This document shows, in pieces, positions 1 through 9,045 of a DNA stretch of 64,000 bases. Origin of the DNA: Endomicrobiales bacterium (GTDB taxonomy: Bacteria; Elusimicrobiota; Endomicrobiia; Endomicrobiales; JALOBY01); assembly GCA_963796955.1 (NCBI GenBank), contig CAWCNJ010000008.1, forward strand, positions 256,001 to 320,000. The letters run 5' to 3'. The notes under the pieces were generated by a model. That model was given only the letters and a program-made list of their open reading frames with translations. It was not told the origin of the DNA and ran no database searches. The position numbers and the translations under genes are program-made. The stretch's first letter is position 1; each line of letters opens with the position of its first letter.

Positions 1-60
1 GGCATCAGCGGTATTGTAACTATTTTTTTAACATACGATCCCGCGGAGGACGCAGAATGA
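1..60 (+). CDS. 3' end of an upstream membrane subunit (probably MnhB/MbhF-like), partial
   Basis: Frame 1 reads GISGIVTIFLTYDPAEDAE-stop; its TGA overlaps the next ATG (ATGA, 57-60). Identity inferred only from position before an MnhC-like gene. Confidence 0.4.
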   Translation, partial: GISGIVTIFLTYDPAEDAE

Positions 61-371
61 TACTATACTCGCTCGCGCTTACCTTGCTGGCCCTCGGGAT
101 ATACGGACTGCTGGCAAAAAAAGACCTGCTGAAAATATTCTTCTCTATATCGTTCATGGAGCTGGGCATGGTGCTGCTGTTCGTTGTTGCGGGTTACCGG
201 CAGGACCCGTTCACCGGCTTAGGCGAAATGAGCCCGCTGAGCGAATCGATAACGATCTGTCTTCTTATCGCAGGCCTTGTTTTTACGGTGATCTTCGCGG
301 CTCTGATGGTCCGGCTGAAAGCAAAATACGGCAGCCTTGATATAACCACCATGAGGAAACTAAAAGGATGA
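57..371 (+). CDS. MnhC/NuoK-like membrane subunit of an Mrp-type antiporter or group-4 hydrogenase module
   Basis: 104 aa, three hydrophobic segments, LGIYGLL..KDLLKI N-terminus, C-terminal KYGSLDITTMRKLKG typical of MnhC. Confidence 0.8.
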   Translation: MILYSLALTLLALGIYGLLAKKDLLKIFFSISFMELGMVLLFVVAGYRQDPFTGLGEMSPLSESITICLLIAGLVFTVIFAALMVRLKAKYGSLDITTMRKLKG

Positions 372-1867
372 CGATAAAACTGCTTCCCTTGTTCATACTA
401 TTACCTTTTCTGCTCTCTGTTGCGATCACCCTGTGCAGGGGTTTCGCGAAGAACACCGAGAAGCTGATACCCCTTGTCGGCACGGCCGCGCTCTTCCTGC
501 TCTCGATCGTTTCGATCAAGCCAGTATTTCAGGCATTAGTTTACCCGATCGCGGGCTTTCATCCGCCGGTCGGCTCACCCCTTATTTTCGACTCTTTATC
601 CGTTGTCATGTTGATCGCCATCAATACGGTAACGTTCGCCGTTACCCTGTACTCGTGGAATTACATAGACAGCTACACCGGAGGTTGGAAATTCTTCGCG
701 CTGCTGATGCTGATGTTGTGCGGCCTTAACGGCACGGTGCTTTCGGGCGATCTTTTCACCATGTACCTTTTCGTCGAACTCACGGCTATCACGGCCTACG
801 TGCTTGTCGCCTTCGGTAACCGCGGCGCAGAGCTGGAGGCCGCGTTAAGATACCTTGTTCTGGGAACACTTGCCTCCATTCTTATATTACTCGGCATATG
901 GCTGCTGTTCTCTTTTACCGGCACATTGAATTTTGCTGAATTATCGCGTTCGCTGCAAACCTTCGGCAATTCCTGGCTGACGAGGGCCGTCTTGCTTTTA
1001 TTTGTAACCGGTTTTGGGCTGAAAGCGGCGCTGGTACCGTTCCACGCCTGGCTGCCCGATGCCCATACTTCTGCGCCAGCCCCCGTATCCGCGATGCTTT
1101 CAGGACTGGTCATTAAAACACTCGGCATCTATGCTCTTGCAAGGATCATATTCAACGTTCTCGGCCTGACGCCCCACGCGGCCGCCGTGCTGATGCTGTT
1201 AGCGATGCTCTCTATTGTGATAGGTTCACTGCTGGCGCTGAGGCAGACCGATATCAAAAGGATGCTGGCGTACAGTTCTATAAGCCAGGTGGGTTTCATC
1301 GTCATGGGCCTGGCCCTTGCAACGCCGCTTGGTATCGTCGGCGCGCTGTTCCACCTGCTTAACCACGCTTTCGGCAAATCAACGCTGTTCCTCAACGCCG
1401 GTGCGGTGGAACACTCGACGGGCACGCGTGATTACGCACTGCTCGGAGGGCTCAAGGAAAAAATGCCGCTGACGGCCAATGTATCGCTGCTTGCTTCCAT
1501 GTCCATCGCGGGCGTTCCACCCTTCGCGGGCTTTTGGTCAAAGCTGATCATAATCATCGCCTGCGTGCAGGCCGGTTTCATAAATCTGGCTGTTTTTCTT
1601 GCCGCGGCAAGCATACTGACACTGGCCTATATGGTCAACCTGCAAAAAAGGGTTTTCTTCGGCACGCTTAAAGAGGCATTAAATGATGTTAAAGAAGCGC
1701 CGTTCTCCATGTGTTCTGCGATGGTGTTTTTAACCATTGTCAGCCTTTCGGCAATAACGCTGATGCTGCCGCTATTGTCGAACGCCGTATTCGTTAATGC
1801 GCAGCGGGTCCTGGCGTTGGGCGTTGACTACGCCCAGGTGCTTGTGCGGATCACGGGGAAATTCTAA
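368..1867 (+). CDS. MnhD/NuoM/N-like proton-conducting membrane subunit
   Basis: GDLFTMYLFVE, KAALVPFHAWLPDAH..APAPVSAMLSG, KRMLAYSSISQVG, NHAFGK and SIAGVPPFAGFWSK motifs. Confidence 0.9.
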   Translation: MTIKLLPLFILLPFLLSVAITLCRGFAKNTEKLIPLVGTAALFLLSIVSIKPVFQALVYPIAGFHPPVGSPLIFDSLSVVMLIAINTVTFAVTLYSWNYIDSYTGGWKFFALLMLMLCGLNGTVLSGDLFTMYLFVELTAITAYVLVAFGNRGAELEAALRYLVLGTLASILILLGIWLLFSFTGTLNFAELSRSLQTFGNSWLTRAVLLLFVTGFGLKAALVPFHAWLPDAHTSAPAPVSAMLSGLVIKTLGIYALARIIFNVLGLTPHAAAVLMLLAMLSIVIGSLLALRQTDIKRMLAYSSISQVGFIVMGLALATPLGIVGALFHLLNHAFGKSTLFLNAGAVEHSTGTRDYALLGGLKEKMPLTANVSLLASMSIAGVPPFAGFWSKLIIIIACVQAGFINLAVFLAAASILTLAYMVNLQKRVFFGTLKEALNDVKEAPFSMCSAMVFLTIVSLSAITLMLPLLSNAVFVNAQRVLALGVDYAQVLVRITGKF

Positions 1868-2136
1868 TGAATATATCCACTAGTATCATTGCGGTTGTCA
1901 TATGTGCGATAGTGCTTACTGCTTTTCGTCTATGGACAGGTAAAAACGTTCAGGGACGTATTACGGCGATCATCGCGCTGGAAGCACTGCTCATAGCATT
2001 TGCCCTTACCGTGGCGGCCGTGAGGGGAAGCGCAGTGCTGCTTCTCGTGACCGCCGCGTGGCTTGTTCAGGCCGGAATGCTGCTTATTGTATTGACGAAA
2101 ATCGGCGAGTCGTTAAAGGCGGACCACACCGAATGA
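1867..2136 (+). CDS. small membrane subunit (MnhF-like)
   Basis: 89 aa, three hydrophobic helices; RLWTGKNVQGRITAI resembles the MnhF R...GP...DR..A pattern; translationally coupled on both sides. Confidence 0.55.
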   Translation: MNISTSIIAVVICAIVLTAFRLWTGKNVQGRITAIIALEALLIAFALTVAAVRGSAVLLLVTAAWLVQAGMLLIVLTKIGESLKADHTE

Positions 2137-2756
2137 AATACCCGAAACTACGCGAGTTGAAGGAAGCGCTCAAAGCGATATTCAAAGGCCCCTTCACCAA
2201 TAAATTTCCCTTCGCGCCGCACACCGCGATGCCGGGTTTTCGCGGCCGACCGACCCCATCCGACAAGCACTGTATCGGCTGCGGCGCCTGCGCCGCGGTC
2301 TGTCCGCCGGGAGCGATCACGGTTGTAGAAGACCTGAAGGCGAACCCGCCGACAAGGAAATTAGTTTGGAATTATGACGTCTGCATTTTTTGCGGCCAGT
2401 GCGAACGGTTGTGCACGACCGAAAAAGGCGTAAAACTTACCCAGGAATATGACCTGGCGACGTACGACAGGGCCGGTCTTACAGACAGCGTTCAAAAGGA
2501 ACTGGTAGTCTGTGAATGCTGCAACACGGTCATTGCCCCGAAGGAACAACTGCTGTGGGCAGCCAGAAAACTAGGTCCGCTTTCTTCGGGCAATTTCAAC
2601 CTCACATTCACGGTGCAAAAAGATCTTAAGATAGCTGATGATGTTAAAACTGAACTGCCCGATACACCGGCCGCCAGGGCTAACCTGTACCGGGTGTTGT
2701 GCCCGAAGTGCCGGCATACGGTGCTTGTCTTCAACCAGACCGGAAAACAACCCTGA
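2133..2756 (+). CDS. 2x[4Fe-4S] ferredoxin-type subunit (NuoI/HyfH/EchF-like) with extra C-terminal Cys pairs
   Basis: FRGRP, CIGCGACAAVCP and CIFCGQCERLC motifs, plus CECC and CPKC. ATG at 2133 (ATGA overlap) preferred over 2058. Confidence 0.85.
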   Translation: MKYPKLRELKEALKAIFKGPFTNKFPFAPHTAMPGFRGRPTPSDKHCIGCGACAAVCPPGAITVVEDLKANPPTRKLVWNYDVCIFCGQCERLCTTEKGVKLTQEYDLATYDRAGLTDSVQKELVVCECCNTVIAPKEQLLWAARKLGPLSSGNFNLTFTVQKDLKIADDVKTELPDTPAARANLYRVLCPKCRHTVLVFNQTGKQP

Positions 2757-2759
2757 AGT

Positions 2760-3224
2760 ATGGGTGGCTTAAAAGACTTTCTGGCAAAGGCGCGCAAACC
2801 CCTTATCTTCGCGGGTGTCGGCAACAAAGAGCTGTCCGATGACGGCGCCGGCCCCGCTCTCGCCGGCAGGATCTTAAACCCGGCGTTCGAGACCGTCGAT
2901 TGCGGTACCGTACCTGAAAATTTTCTTGAAAAGATAGCTGCACTGAAGGCTGCAACAATAGTGATCATAGACGCGACCGACCTGAGAACCACGCCCGGCT
3001 CCTACTCCATTCTCCCCGCTCACCAGATCGCTCATGCAGCTATCTCAACCCACGCGTTATCGCTCGGTATGATGGCGCAGTATCTTTCTTCAGAGGGAAC
3101 CTCTGAGTTGTACCTTCTTGCTGTACAGCCGCGGACGATCTCAGAGGGTGCGTGTTTAAGCGGACCTGTCGAGAAGACCATTTTGGAACTGGCGACAATT
3201 ATTAATGCCTATCAAGAACGATAA
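2760..3224 (+). CDS. hycI: hydrogenase maturation endopeptidase (HycI family)
   Basis: GVGN...DDGAG, GTVPEN, IIDA and STH motifs. Confidence 0.85.
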   Translation: MGGLKDFLAKARKPLIFAGVGNKELSDDGAGPALAGRILNPAFETVDCGTVPENFLEKIAALKAATIVIIDATDLRTTPGSYSILPAHQIAHAAISTHALSLGMMAQYLSSEGTSELYLLAVQPRTISEGACLSGPVEKTILELATIINAYQER

Positions 3225-5502
3225 GACGATCACAAAAAAAATATTGATACGGGGAACCGTTCAAGGCATAGGCTTTCGCCCCGCTGTGCACAGGATAGCC
3301 GCCCGGCTCCGCCTGACCGGTTCCGTCGCCAATACGTCCGCCGGCGCCGAGATCATACTGGAGGGACCGGCGAACAACGTAAATAAGTTCATACCTGCGT
3401 TAAAAAAACAGCTGCCGCCGGCCTCAAAGATCACATCCCTCACCAGTGCCATGGTCCCGGCACGAGGCTTCAAGAACTTCACTATCACAGACTCGTCAAA
3501 AGATAAAAGCACTACCGCCGATCTGCCGCCTGACCTTGCGACCTGTCCAAAATGCCTCAGGGAACTTTTCACCTCATCCGACCGAAGGTACCGCTATCCA
3601 TTCATTAACTGCACGGAATGCGGACCGCGCTACACGATCTCGACCGGTTTGCCCTACGACCGCCCCGAAACGACTATGGCGGACTTTTCCATGTGCGCCG
3701 CCTGTGAAAAGGAATATCAGTCCGCGCACGATCGCCGCTTCCATGCCCAGCCCAACGCCTGCGGCGATTGCGGACCGCAGCTGACGCTCATGGATAAACA
3801 ATGGCATGTCGTGGCCAAAGAAGACGAGGCGGTCGCCAGATCCGTGGAATATTTGCAGAAAGGGAAGATACTTGCGGTGAAAAGCCTGGGCGGCTATCAC
3901 CTGGCCTGCGACGCCAGGAACCCGAACGCCATCGCCTGCCTGCGCATGCGCAAGCAGCGCCCGCATAAACCTTTCGCCGTTATGCTGCCGGACATCGCCG
4001 CTGTTCATGAATATTGTCATGTCAGCAAGGCGGAGCGGACACAGCTTTTATCAGCCGCCAGGCCGATCGTATTGTTGCGAAAAAAGATCCGGGTTGCCCG
4101 CTTAAGCCTGCCGCTGTATGATATCGCCCCGGACAACGCCTACATGGGTGTCATGCTGCCGTACACGCCGCTGCACAACCTGTTGTTCCGCCCGGCAATG
4201 GATCGGGCATGGCGGCCGCGCGCCCTTATCATGACGAGCGGAAATCGTTCAGATGAACCGATATGCAGCACGGAACCGGAAGCCCGCAGCCGGCTGGCGG
4301 GTATTGCCGACTTTCTGCTGACGAACGACCGTCCGATCCATAACCGCGCCGACGACTCCATAGTGCAGGTAATGCCTTCCGGCAACACGGTCGTAGTGCG
4401 CAGAAGCCGCGGTTTTGCGCCCCGTCCGGTAACGCTATCGATCCCCGGGGGGACACCTGCTATTTTTGCCGCCGGCGCCGAATTAAAGAACACGTTCTGT
4501 CTGACCCGGGGTTCGCAGGCCTATATTTCCCCGTACATAGGAGATCTGGACAGCGCCGAAGCGCTCTCATTCTACCGGGAATCATTCGAGCGGAACAAAA
4601 AATTTCTCGATGTAAACCCTGCGATCATAGCTCATGATCTGCACCCCGACTATCATTCAACGATCTTCGCCCGGGAACTGCGCTCAAAGGATAGGACGCT
4701 TAAACGAATTGCCGTTCAGCATCATCAGGCGCACATTGCCTCGGTCATGGCCGAGCACCGGCAGAAGGGACCGCTCACCGGCATCGCCTTCGACGGTACC
4801 GGTTTGGGGCTTGACGGCACTATCTGGGGTGGGGAATGTTTTACGGTTAATGCCGCGGGCGTTTTCGAACGCGGGGCGCACATTGGTTACTTTGCCCTGC
4901 CGGGCGGCGATATCGCCGCGCGCGAGATATGGCGGCTGGCTGTTTCCCTGCTGCACCAATCCGGGATATCAAAAGTCCCGAAGCATTTAAAAGCCTATCC
5001 CGTAAAAATGACGCGGCAGATGATACAGAAGAATATGAACAGCCCCCGGTGCTGCAGCGTCGGCAGATTATTTGACGCGGTAGCCGCGATAATTAACCTG
5101 CGGACCGAGTGTTCTTTTGAGGCGCAGGCGGCCATGGAGATGGAAGCGCTGGCAGTGGACACACCGACAAAAAAAGGATATAATTTTGTTTTCAAAGACG
5201 GTATAGTGCCTGTCGAGCCGATCATTCAGGCGGTGTACGCGGACTTTATGGCAGGGGTGCCTTCATTTGAGATAAGCGCCAGTTTTCACCTTACCTTAAG
5301 CCGCATTATTATCGCGCTGGCCGAACATTTTAATAACCGGACGGTTGCGTTAAGCGGCGGCGTTTTTCAGAACCGCGTGTTGTTGGATCTGGCGGAAAAA
5401 CAGCTGCTCAACGCAGGTTTCAAGGTGTATTATAATAATAGTGCCCCCATAAATGACGGCGGGATTTCTCTGGGGCAGGCGTATATCGCCGCAAAGGAAT
5501 AA
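3205..5502 (+). CDS. hypF: carbamoyltransferase HypF
   Basis: Acylphosphatase GTVQGIGFRP, zinc fingers CPKC/CTECGPRY/RRFHAQPNAC, HDLHPDY, QHHQAH, NDGGISLGQ. Confidence 0.97.
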   Translation: MPIKNDKTITKKILIRGTVQGIGFRPAVHRIAARLRLTGSVANTSAGAEIILEGPANNVNKFIPALKKQLPPASKITSLTSAMVPARGFKNFTITDSSKDKSTTADLPPDLATCPKCLRELFTSSDRRYRYPFINCTECGPRYTISTGLPYDRPETTMADFSMCAACEKEYQSAHDRRFHAQPNACGDCGPQLTLMDKQWHVVAKEDEAVARSVEYLQKGKILAVKSLGGYHLACDARNPNAIACLRMRKQRPHKPFAVMLPDIAAVHEYCHVSKAERTQLLSAARPIVLLRKKIRVARLSLPLYDIAPDNAYMGVMLPYTPLHNLLFRPAMDRAWRPRALIMTSGNRSDEPICSTEPEARSRLAGIADFLLTNDRPIHNRADDSIVQVMPSGNTVVVRRSRGFAPRPVTLSIPGGTPAIFAAGAELKNTFCLTRGSQAYISPYIGDLDSAEALSFYRESFERNKKFLDVNPAIIAHDLHPDYHSTIFARELRSKDRTLKRIAVQHHQAHIASVMAEHRQKGPLTGIAFDGTGLGLDGTIWGGECFTVNAAGVFERGAHIGYFALPGGDIAAREIWRLAVSLLHQSGISKVPKHLKAYPVKMTRQMIQKNMNSPRCCSVGRLFDAVAAIINLRTECSFEAQAAMEMEALAVDTPTKKGYNFVFKDGIVPVEPIIQAVYADFMAGVPSFEISASFHLTLSRIIIALAEHFNNRTVALSGGVFQNRVLLDLAEKQLLNAGFKVYYNNSAPINDGGISLGQAYIAAKE

Positions 5503-5504
5503 TT

Positions 5505-5723
5505 ATGTGCCTTGCAGTACCCGGTAAAATACTTTCTATCAACAAGGAGCGCAAGGCTGAGGTTGATTTCGGCGGAGTGACCCGTTCGGTACAATTGGAC
5601 CTGGTGCCTGCGGCGGCGTGCGGCGATTATGTGATCGTCCATGCCGGCTACGCTATTCAACAACTTTCAAAACAACAGGCTCAGGAAACCCTTGATATCA
5701 TCAAAGAGGCGTTCGGTTCCTGA
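5505..5723 (+). CDS. hypC: hydrogenase chaperone HypC
   Basis: MCLAVPGKI N-terminus; GDYVIVHAGYAI. Confidence 0.97.
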   Translation: MCLAVPGKILSINKERKAEVDFGGVTRSVQLDLVPAAACGDYVIVHAGYAIQQLSKQQAQETLDIIKEAFGS

Positions 5724-6277
5724 TGAGCAGGCAATTTGTTATGAACGACCTGGCAACACCCCGCCTGTTGCTGAGAAAGCTCACTCTTAATGATGCCCCC
5801 GATATGTTCGAATACGCCAGTGATCCGCAGGTTCCGCTCTATACCCTCTGGGAAGCCCACGAAACGATCGACTGCACCCGTACGTTCATCAATACCGTTC
5901 TTGCCGGTTACCATGTTAATGAGACTGAGCCATGGGGAATAATATACCGCGAGAACGAAAAGCTGATCGGCACCGTCGGGTTTTTCGATTACCGGGAAAC
6001 CGAAGGTATCGGTGAAATCCATTACGCCCTCTCACGCGCCTATTGGGGAAAGGGCCTGATGCCGGAAGCCGTAAAAGAAGTGATACACTATGGTTTCGAC
6101 GCCCTGGAACTGAACACCATCACCGCGAAATGCATGTTGCAAAACCTGGCCTCCGAAAAAGTAATGCAGAAAGCCGGTATGACCTTTAAGGAAATACGGG
6201 CTGAGGCGATAGAGGCGAAAGGCAAAAAATGGGACGCGAAAGTGTATTACATTAAACGATCTGACCGATCCGTCTGA
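5723..6277 (+). CDS. GNAT N-acetyltransferase, RimJ/RimL family
   Basis: TPRLLLR, GEIHYALSRAYWGKGLMPEA, NLASEKVMQKAGM. Confidence 0.88.
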   Translation: MSRQFVMNDLATPRLLLRKLTLNDAPDMFEYASDPQVPLYTLWEAHETIDCTRTFINTVLAGYHVNETEPWGIIYRENEKLIGTVGFFDYRETEGIGEIHYALSRAYWGKGLMPEAVKEVIHYGFDALELNTITAKCMLQNLASEKVMQKAGMTFKEIRAEAIEAKGKKWDAKVYYIKRSDRSV

Positions 6278-6297
6278 TCTGACTGATCCGCCCGATC
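6258..6297. repeat. 9-bp-period tandem array of five GATC
   Basis: GATC at 6258, 6267, 6276, 6285 and 6294 (GATCTGACC GATCCGTCT GATCTGACT GATCCGCCC GATC). Confidence 0.85.
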
Positions 6298-6309
6298 AAA
6301 GGGGTAACA

Positions 6310-6645
6310 ATGGAAAACAACAACGACACACATTTCTTAACATTAACCATGATGCTGGCCCAGGCAGCCTGGCAGCAGTTGGGGAAAGTTGCCAATCCCA
6401 TGACCGGTAAGATAGAAAAGGATCTAACGCACGCGCAGATGTCCATTGATATGCTGAGAATGCTCAAAGACAAGACCAAAGGCAACCTGCAGCCGGAAGA
6501 GGAAAAGATATTGTCGAACGCTGTCTGCGACCTGGAATTAAATTACGCCGATGAGGTAGACAAGACCTCTAAAGAACCAAAGAAAACGGAAACCACTCCT
6601 GCTAACGACCAACTGAAAGCTGATGAAAACAAATCCCAAGGTTAA
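6310..6645 (+). CDS. DUF1844-like conserved protein
   Basis: AWQQLGKVANPMTGK...DL..AQMSIDML.MLKDKTKGNL..EE pattern recalled for DUF1844. Confidence 0.8.
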   Translation: MENNNDTHFLTLTMMLAQAAWQQLGKVANPMTGKIEKDLTHAQMSIDMLRMLKDKTKGNLQPEEEKILSNAVCDLELNYADEVDKTSKEPKKTETTPANDQLKADENKSQG

Positions 6646-7645
6646 CATCATGGAGGTGTGCGGCACGCACACCATGTCCATTGCCAGGCACGGACTGAAA
6701 AGCATCCTTTCTGAAAGAGCGAAACTACTTTCGGGCCCGGGCTGCCCGGTATGCGTTACGCCGGTCGGCGATATCGACGTTGCGATCGCGCTTTCTAAAA
6801 TACCGAACGTCATTATCACCACCTTCGGCGATATGCTGAAGGTCCCGGGATCCACCTCGTCTCTTGAAAAAGAGCGGGCGAACGGTGCCGATGTGCGTAT
6901 GGTGTATTCCAGTGCCGATGCATTGGAGCTTGCAACTGCAAACCCGGCGAAAGAAATCGTTTTTCTCGGCATAGGTTTTGAGACCACCTCACCCGCAATA
7001 GCCGCCACCATCGCGGCGGCAAAAAAGGCCGATATCAGGAACTTCTCCGTGCTGCCCATGTTCAAGATGGTCTTACCGGCGCTGAAATATATTTTGGATA
7101 TCAAGGGCCATAAGATCGACGCCTTTATTTTACCGGGCAATGTTTCGGCGATAATCGGATCCGATACCTATAGCTTCATACCTCAGAAATACCACATTCC
7201 GGGAGTTATTGCCGGTTTTGCGCCCAGCGAAATTTTACAAGCCGTCGATATGATATTTGAACAGCTGAAGTCCGGTGTGCCCAAAGTCGGTGTAGAATAC
7301 GGTATTGTGTCGCCGGAAGGCAACCCCACGGCGAAAAGGCTGTTGAAAGAGGTTTTTTGCATACAAGACTCTACCTGGCGCGCGATCGGTAGAATACCCA
7401 AAAGCGGCATGGGTATCTGCAAAGCCTATGCCGGCTGGGATGCGTCAAGGAAATTCAAGATCACGGTACCGCCGCCAAAAGAACCGAAGAATTGCAAATG
7501 CGGCGAGATCCTGCTGGGCTTAAAACTGCCGGACAACTGCAAACTCTTCGCCAAAGCCTGCACTCCCGAACACCCGGTTGGCCCCTGCATGGTATCCAGC
7601 GAAGGCAGCTGCGCCGCACATTTTAAGTACGGAAAGGTCCTCTGA
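6623..7645 (+). CDS. hypD: hydrogenase maturation protein HypD
   Basis: MEVCGTHT, GPGCPVC, GFETT, CTPEHPVGPCMVSSEGSCAA. Confidence 0.96.
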   Translation: MKTNPKVNIMEVCGTHTMSIARHGLKSILSERAKLLSGPGCPVCVTPVGDIDVAIALSKIPNVIITTFGDMLKVPGSTSSLEKERANGADVRMVYSSADALELATANPAKEIVFLGIGFETTSPAIAATIAAAKKADIRNFSVLPMFKMVLPALKYILDIKGHKIDAFILPGNVSAIIGSDTYSFIPQKYHIPGVIAGFAPSEILQAVDMIFEQLKSGVPKVGVEYGIVSPEGNPTAKRLLKEVFCIQDSTWRAIGRIPKSGMGICKAYAGWDASRKFKITVPPPKEPKNCKCGEILLGLKLPDNCKLFAKACTPEHPVGPCMVSSEGSCAAHFKYGKVL

Positions 7646-8647
7646 ATGGAAAAAATATTATTGGCGCACGGCGCGGGCGGCAAATTAACGCATGACCTTA
7701 TAAAAACGCTTTTCAGATCGAAATTTTCAAATCCAACGCTCAACCGCATGGATGATTCCGCACTATTGAAGGCCGGCGGCGAACGTTTGGCGTTCACCAC
7801 GGATTCATTCGTGGTCAACCCGGTCATTTTTCCCGGCGGGGATATCGGTAAGCTGGCCGTCTGCGGCACTATCAACGATCTTGCCATGGCCGGCGCGCAG
7901 CCGCTTGCCATTTCTGTCGCCGCGATAATCGAGGAAGGCTTACCGCTCAGCCTGTTGAAAACCATTACCGCATCCATCGCAAAAGCTGCCGCTGAGGCAG
8001 GGGTCATTATCGCGACCGGAGACACGAAGGTGGTGGAAAAAGGCAAAGCCGATAAGCTATTCCTGACCACGACCGGGATAGGCATCGTAAAAAAGGGCAT
8101 AAAACTCTCCGGTTCTTTCGCAAAACCCGGCGATCGGATACTTATTAACGGCAGCATCGCGGAACACGGCATGGCGGTGATGGGCGCCCGCAACGATTTT
8201 AAATTCAAGTCCGCTATCATGAGCGACTGCGCCCCCCTGAACAAGCTTACCGGAGCATTATTAGCAAAGTGTCCGCAAACCCATGTCTTAAGAGACCCGA
8301 CCCGGGGCGGTGTCGCGACAACGCTCAATGAGATCGCCGAACAATCCGGCGTCGGCATCATACTGAACCAATCCGCCATCCCCGTGCAAAAAATGGTACG
8401 CGCGGCCTGCGAACTGCTGGGCATAGACCCTTTATACGTCGCAAATGAAGGGAAGGTTTTGGCTTTTGTGCCTCAGAGTCAGTCTTTAAAGGCTTTAAGC
8501 GCTTTAAAGAGCTGCAAATATGGTATACACTCAACTATTATCGGCGAGACCGTGACGGCGCCTCTGGGTGTCTGGCTTAAAACGACCTCCGGAGGGATGC
8601 GGCCTCTGACCATGCTTACCGGAGACCAGCTGCCCAGGATCTGCTGA
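7646..8647 (+). CDS. hypE: hydrogenase maturation protein HypE
   Basis: HGAGG, FTTDSFVV, GTINDLAM, DPTRGG, C-terminal LPRIC. Confidence 0.97.
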   Translation: MEKILLAHGAGGKLTHDLIKTLFRSKFSNPTLNRMDDSALLKAGGERLAFTTDSFVVNPVIFPGGDIGKLAVCGTINDLAMAGAQPLAISVAAIIEEGLPLSLLKTITASIAKAAAEAGVIIATGDTKVVEKGKADKLFLTTTGIGIVKKGIKLSGSFAKPGDRILINGSIAEHGMAVMGARNDFKFKSAIMSDCAPLNKLTGALLAKCPQTHVLRDPTRGGVATTLNEIAEQSGVGIILNQSAIPVQKMVRAACELLGIDPLYVANEGKVLAFVPQSQSLKALSALKSCKYGIHSTIIGETVTAPLGVWLKTTSGGMRPLTMLTGDQLPRIC

Positions 8648-8663
8648 CTTTCATGGGGGAAAC

Positions 8664-9014
8664 ATGAAATATATTATAATTTTGTTGTCATGCCTGTTCT
8701 TTAGCTTGTTGCCTTTACGCGCCGCGGAATTCATGGCCAATGACCCCTACAGATCGTATGTTCAACAAGTCCACAACCAGATATCACAGCACTGGACTTA
8801 CAAAGGTACCCGTCTGAAGGCTACCGTGCATTTTTTTATTGATCGCGACGGTAAGCTGGAAGGCGTACCAATAGTCAGCGAGCCTTCAGGTGATAGCACG
8901 TATGACGCCCTTGCCGTCAGAGCTGTTTACGACAGCGAACCTTTTCCGCCTCTGCCGAAAGATTATAACGAGAAGACTTTCGAAGTGTATTTCGAATTTT
9001 CGCCGATCAAATAG
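8664..9014 (+). CDS. exported protein with TonB/TolA C-terminal domain
   Basis: Signal peptide, then V.F.I.RDG, SGD..YD..A.RAV....PFPPLP. Confidence 0.75.
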   Translation: MKYIIILLSCLFFSLLPLRAAEFMANDPYRSYVQQVHNQISQHWTYKGTRLKATVHFFIDRDGKLEGVPIVSEPSGDSTYDALAVRAVYDSEPFPPLPKDYNEKTFEVYFEFSPIK

Positions 9015-9045
9015 AGCTTAATAAAATAGCGGTGTCAGGAATTTC

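Noticed and set aside
7426..8424. 332-aa minus-strand ORF
   Set aside because: Antisense shadow of hypD/hypE.
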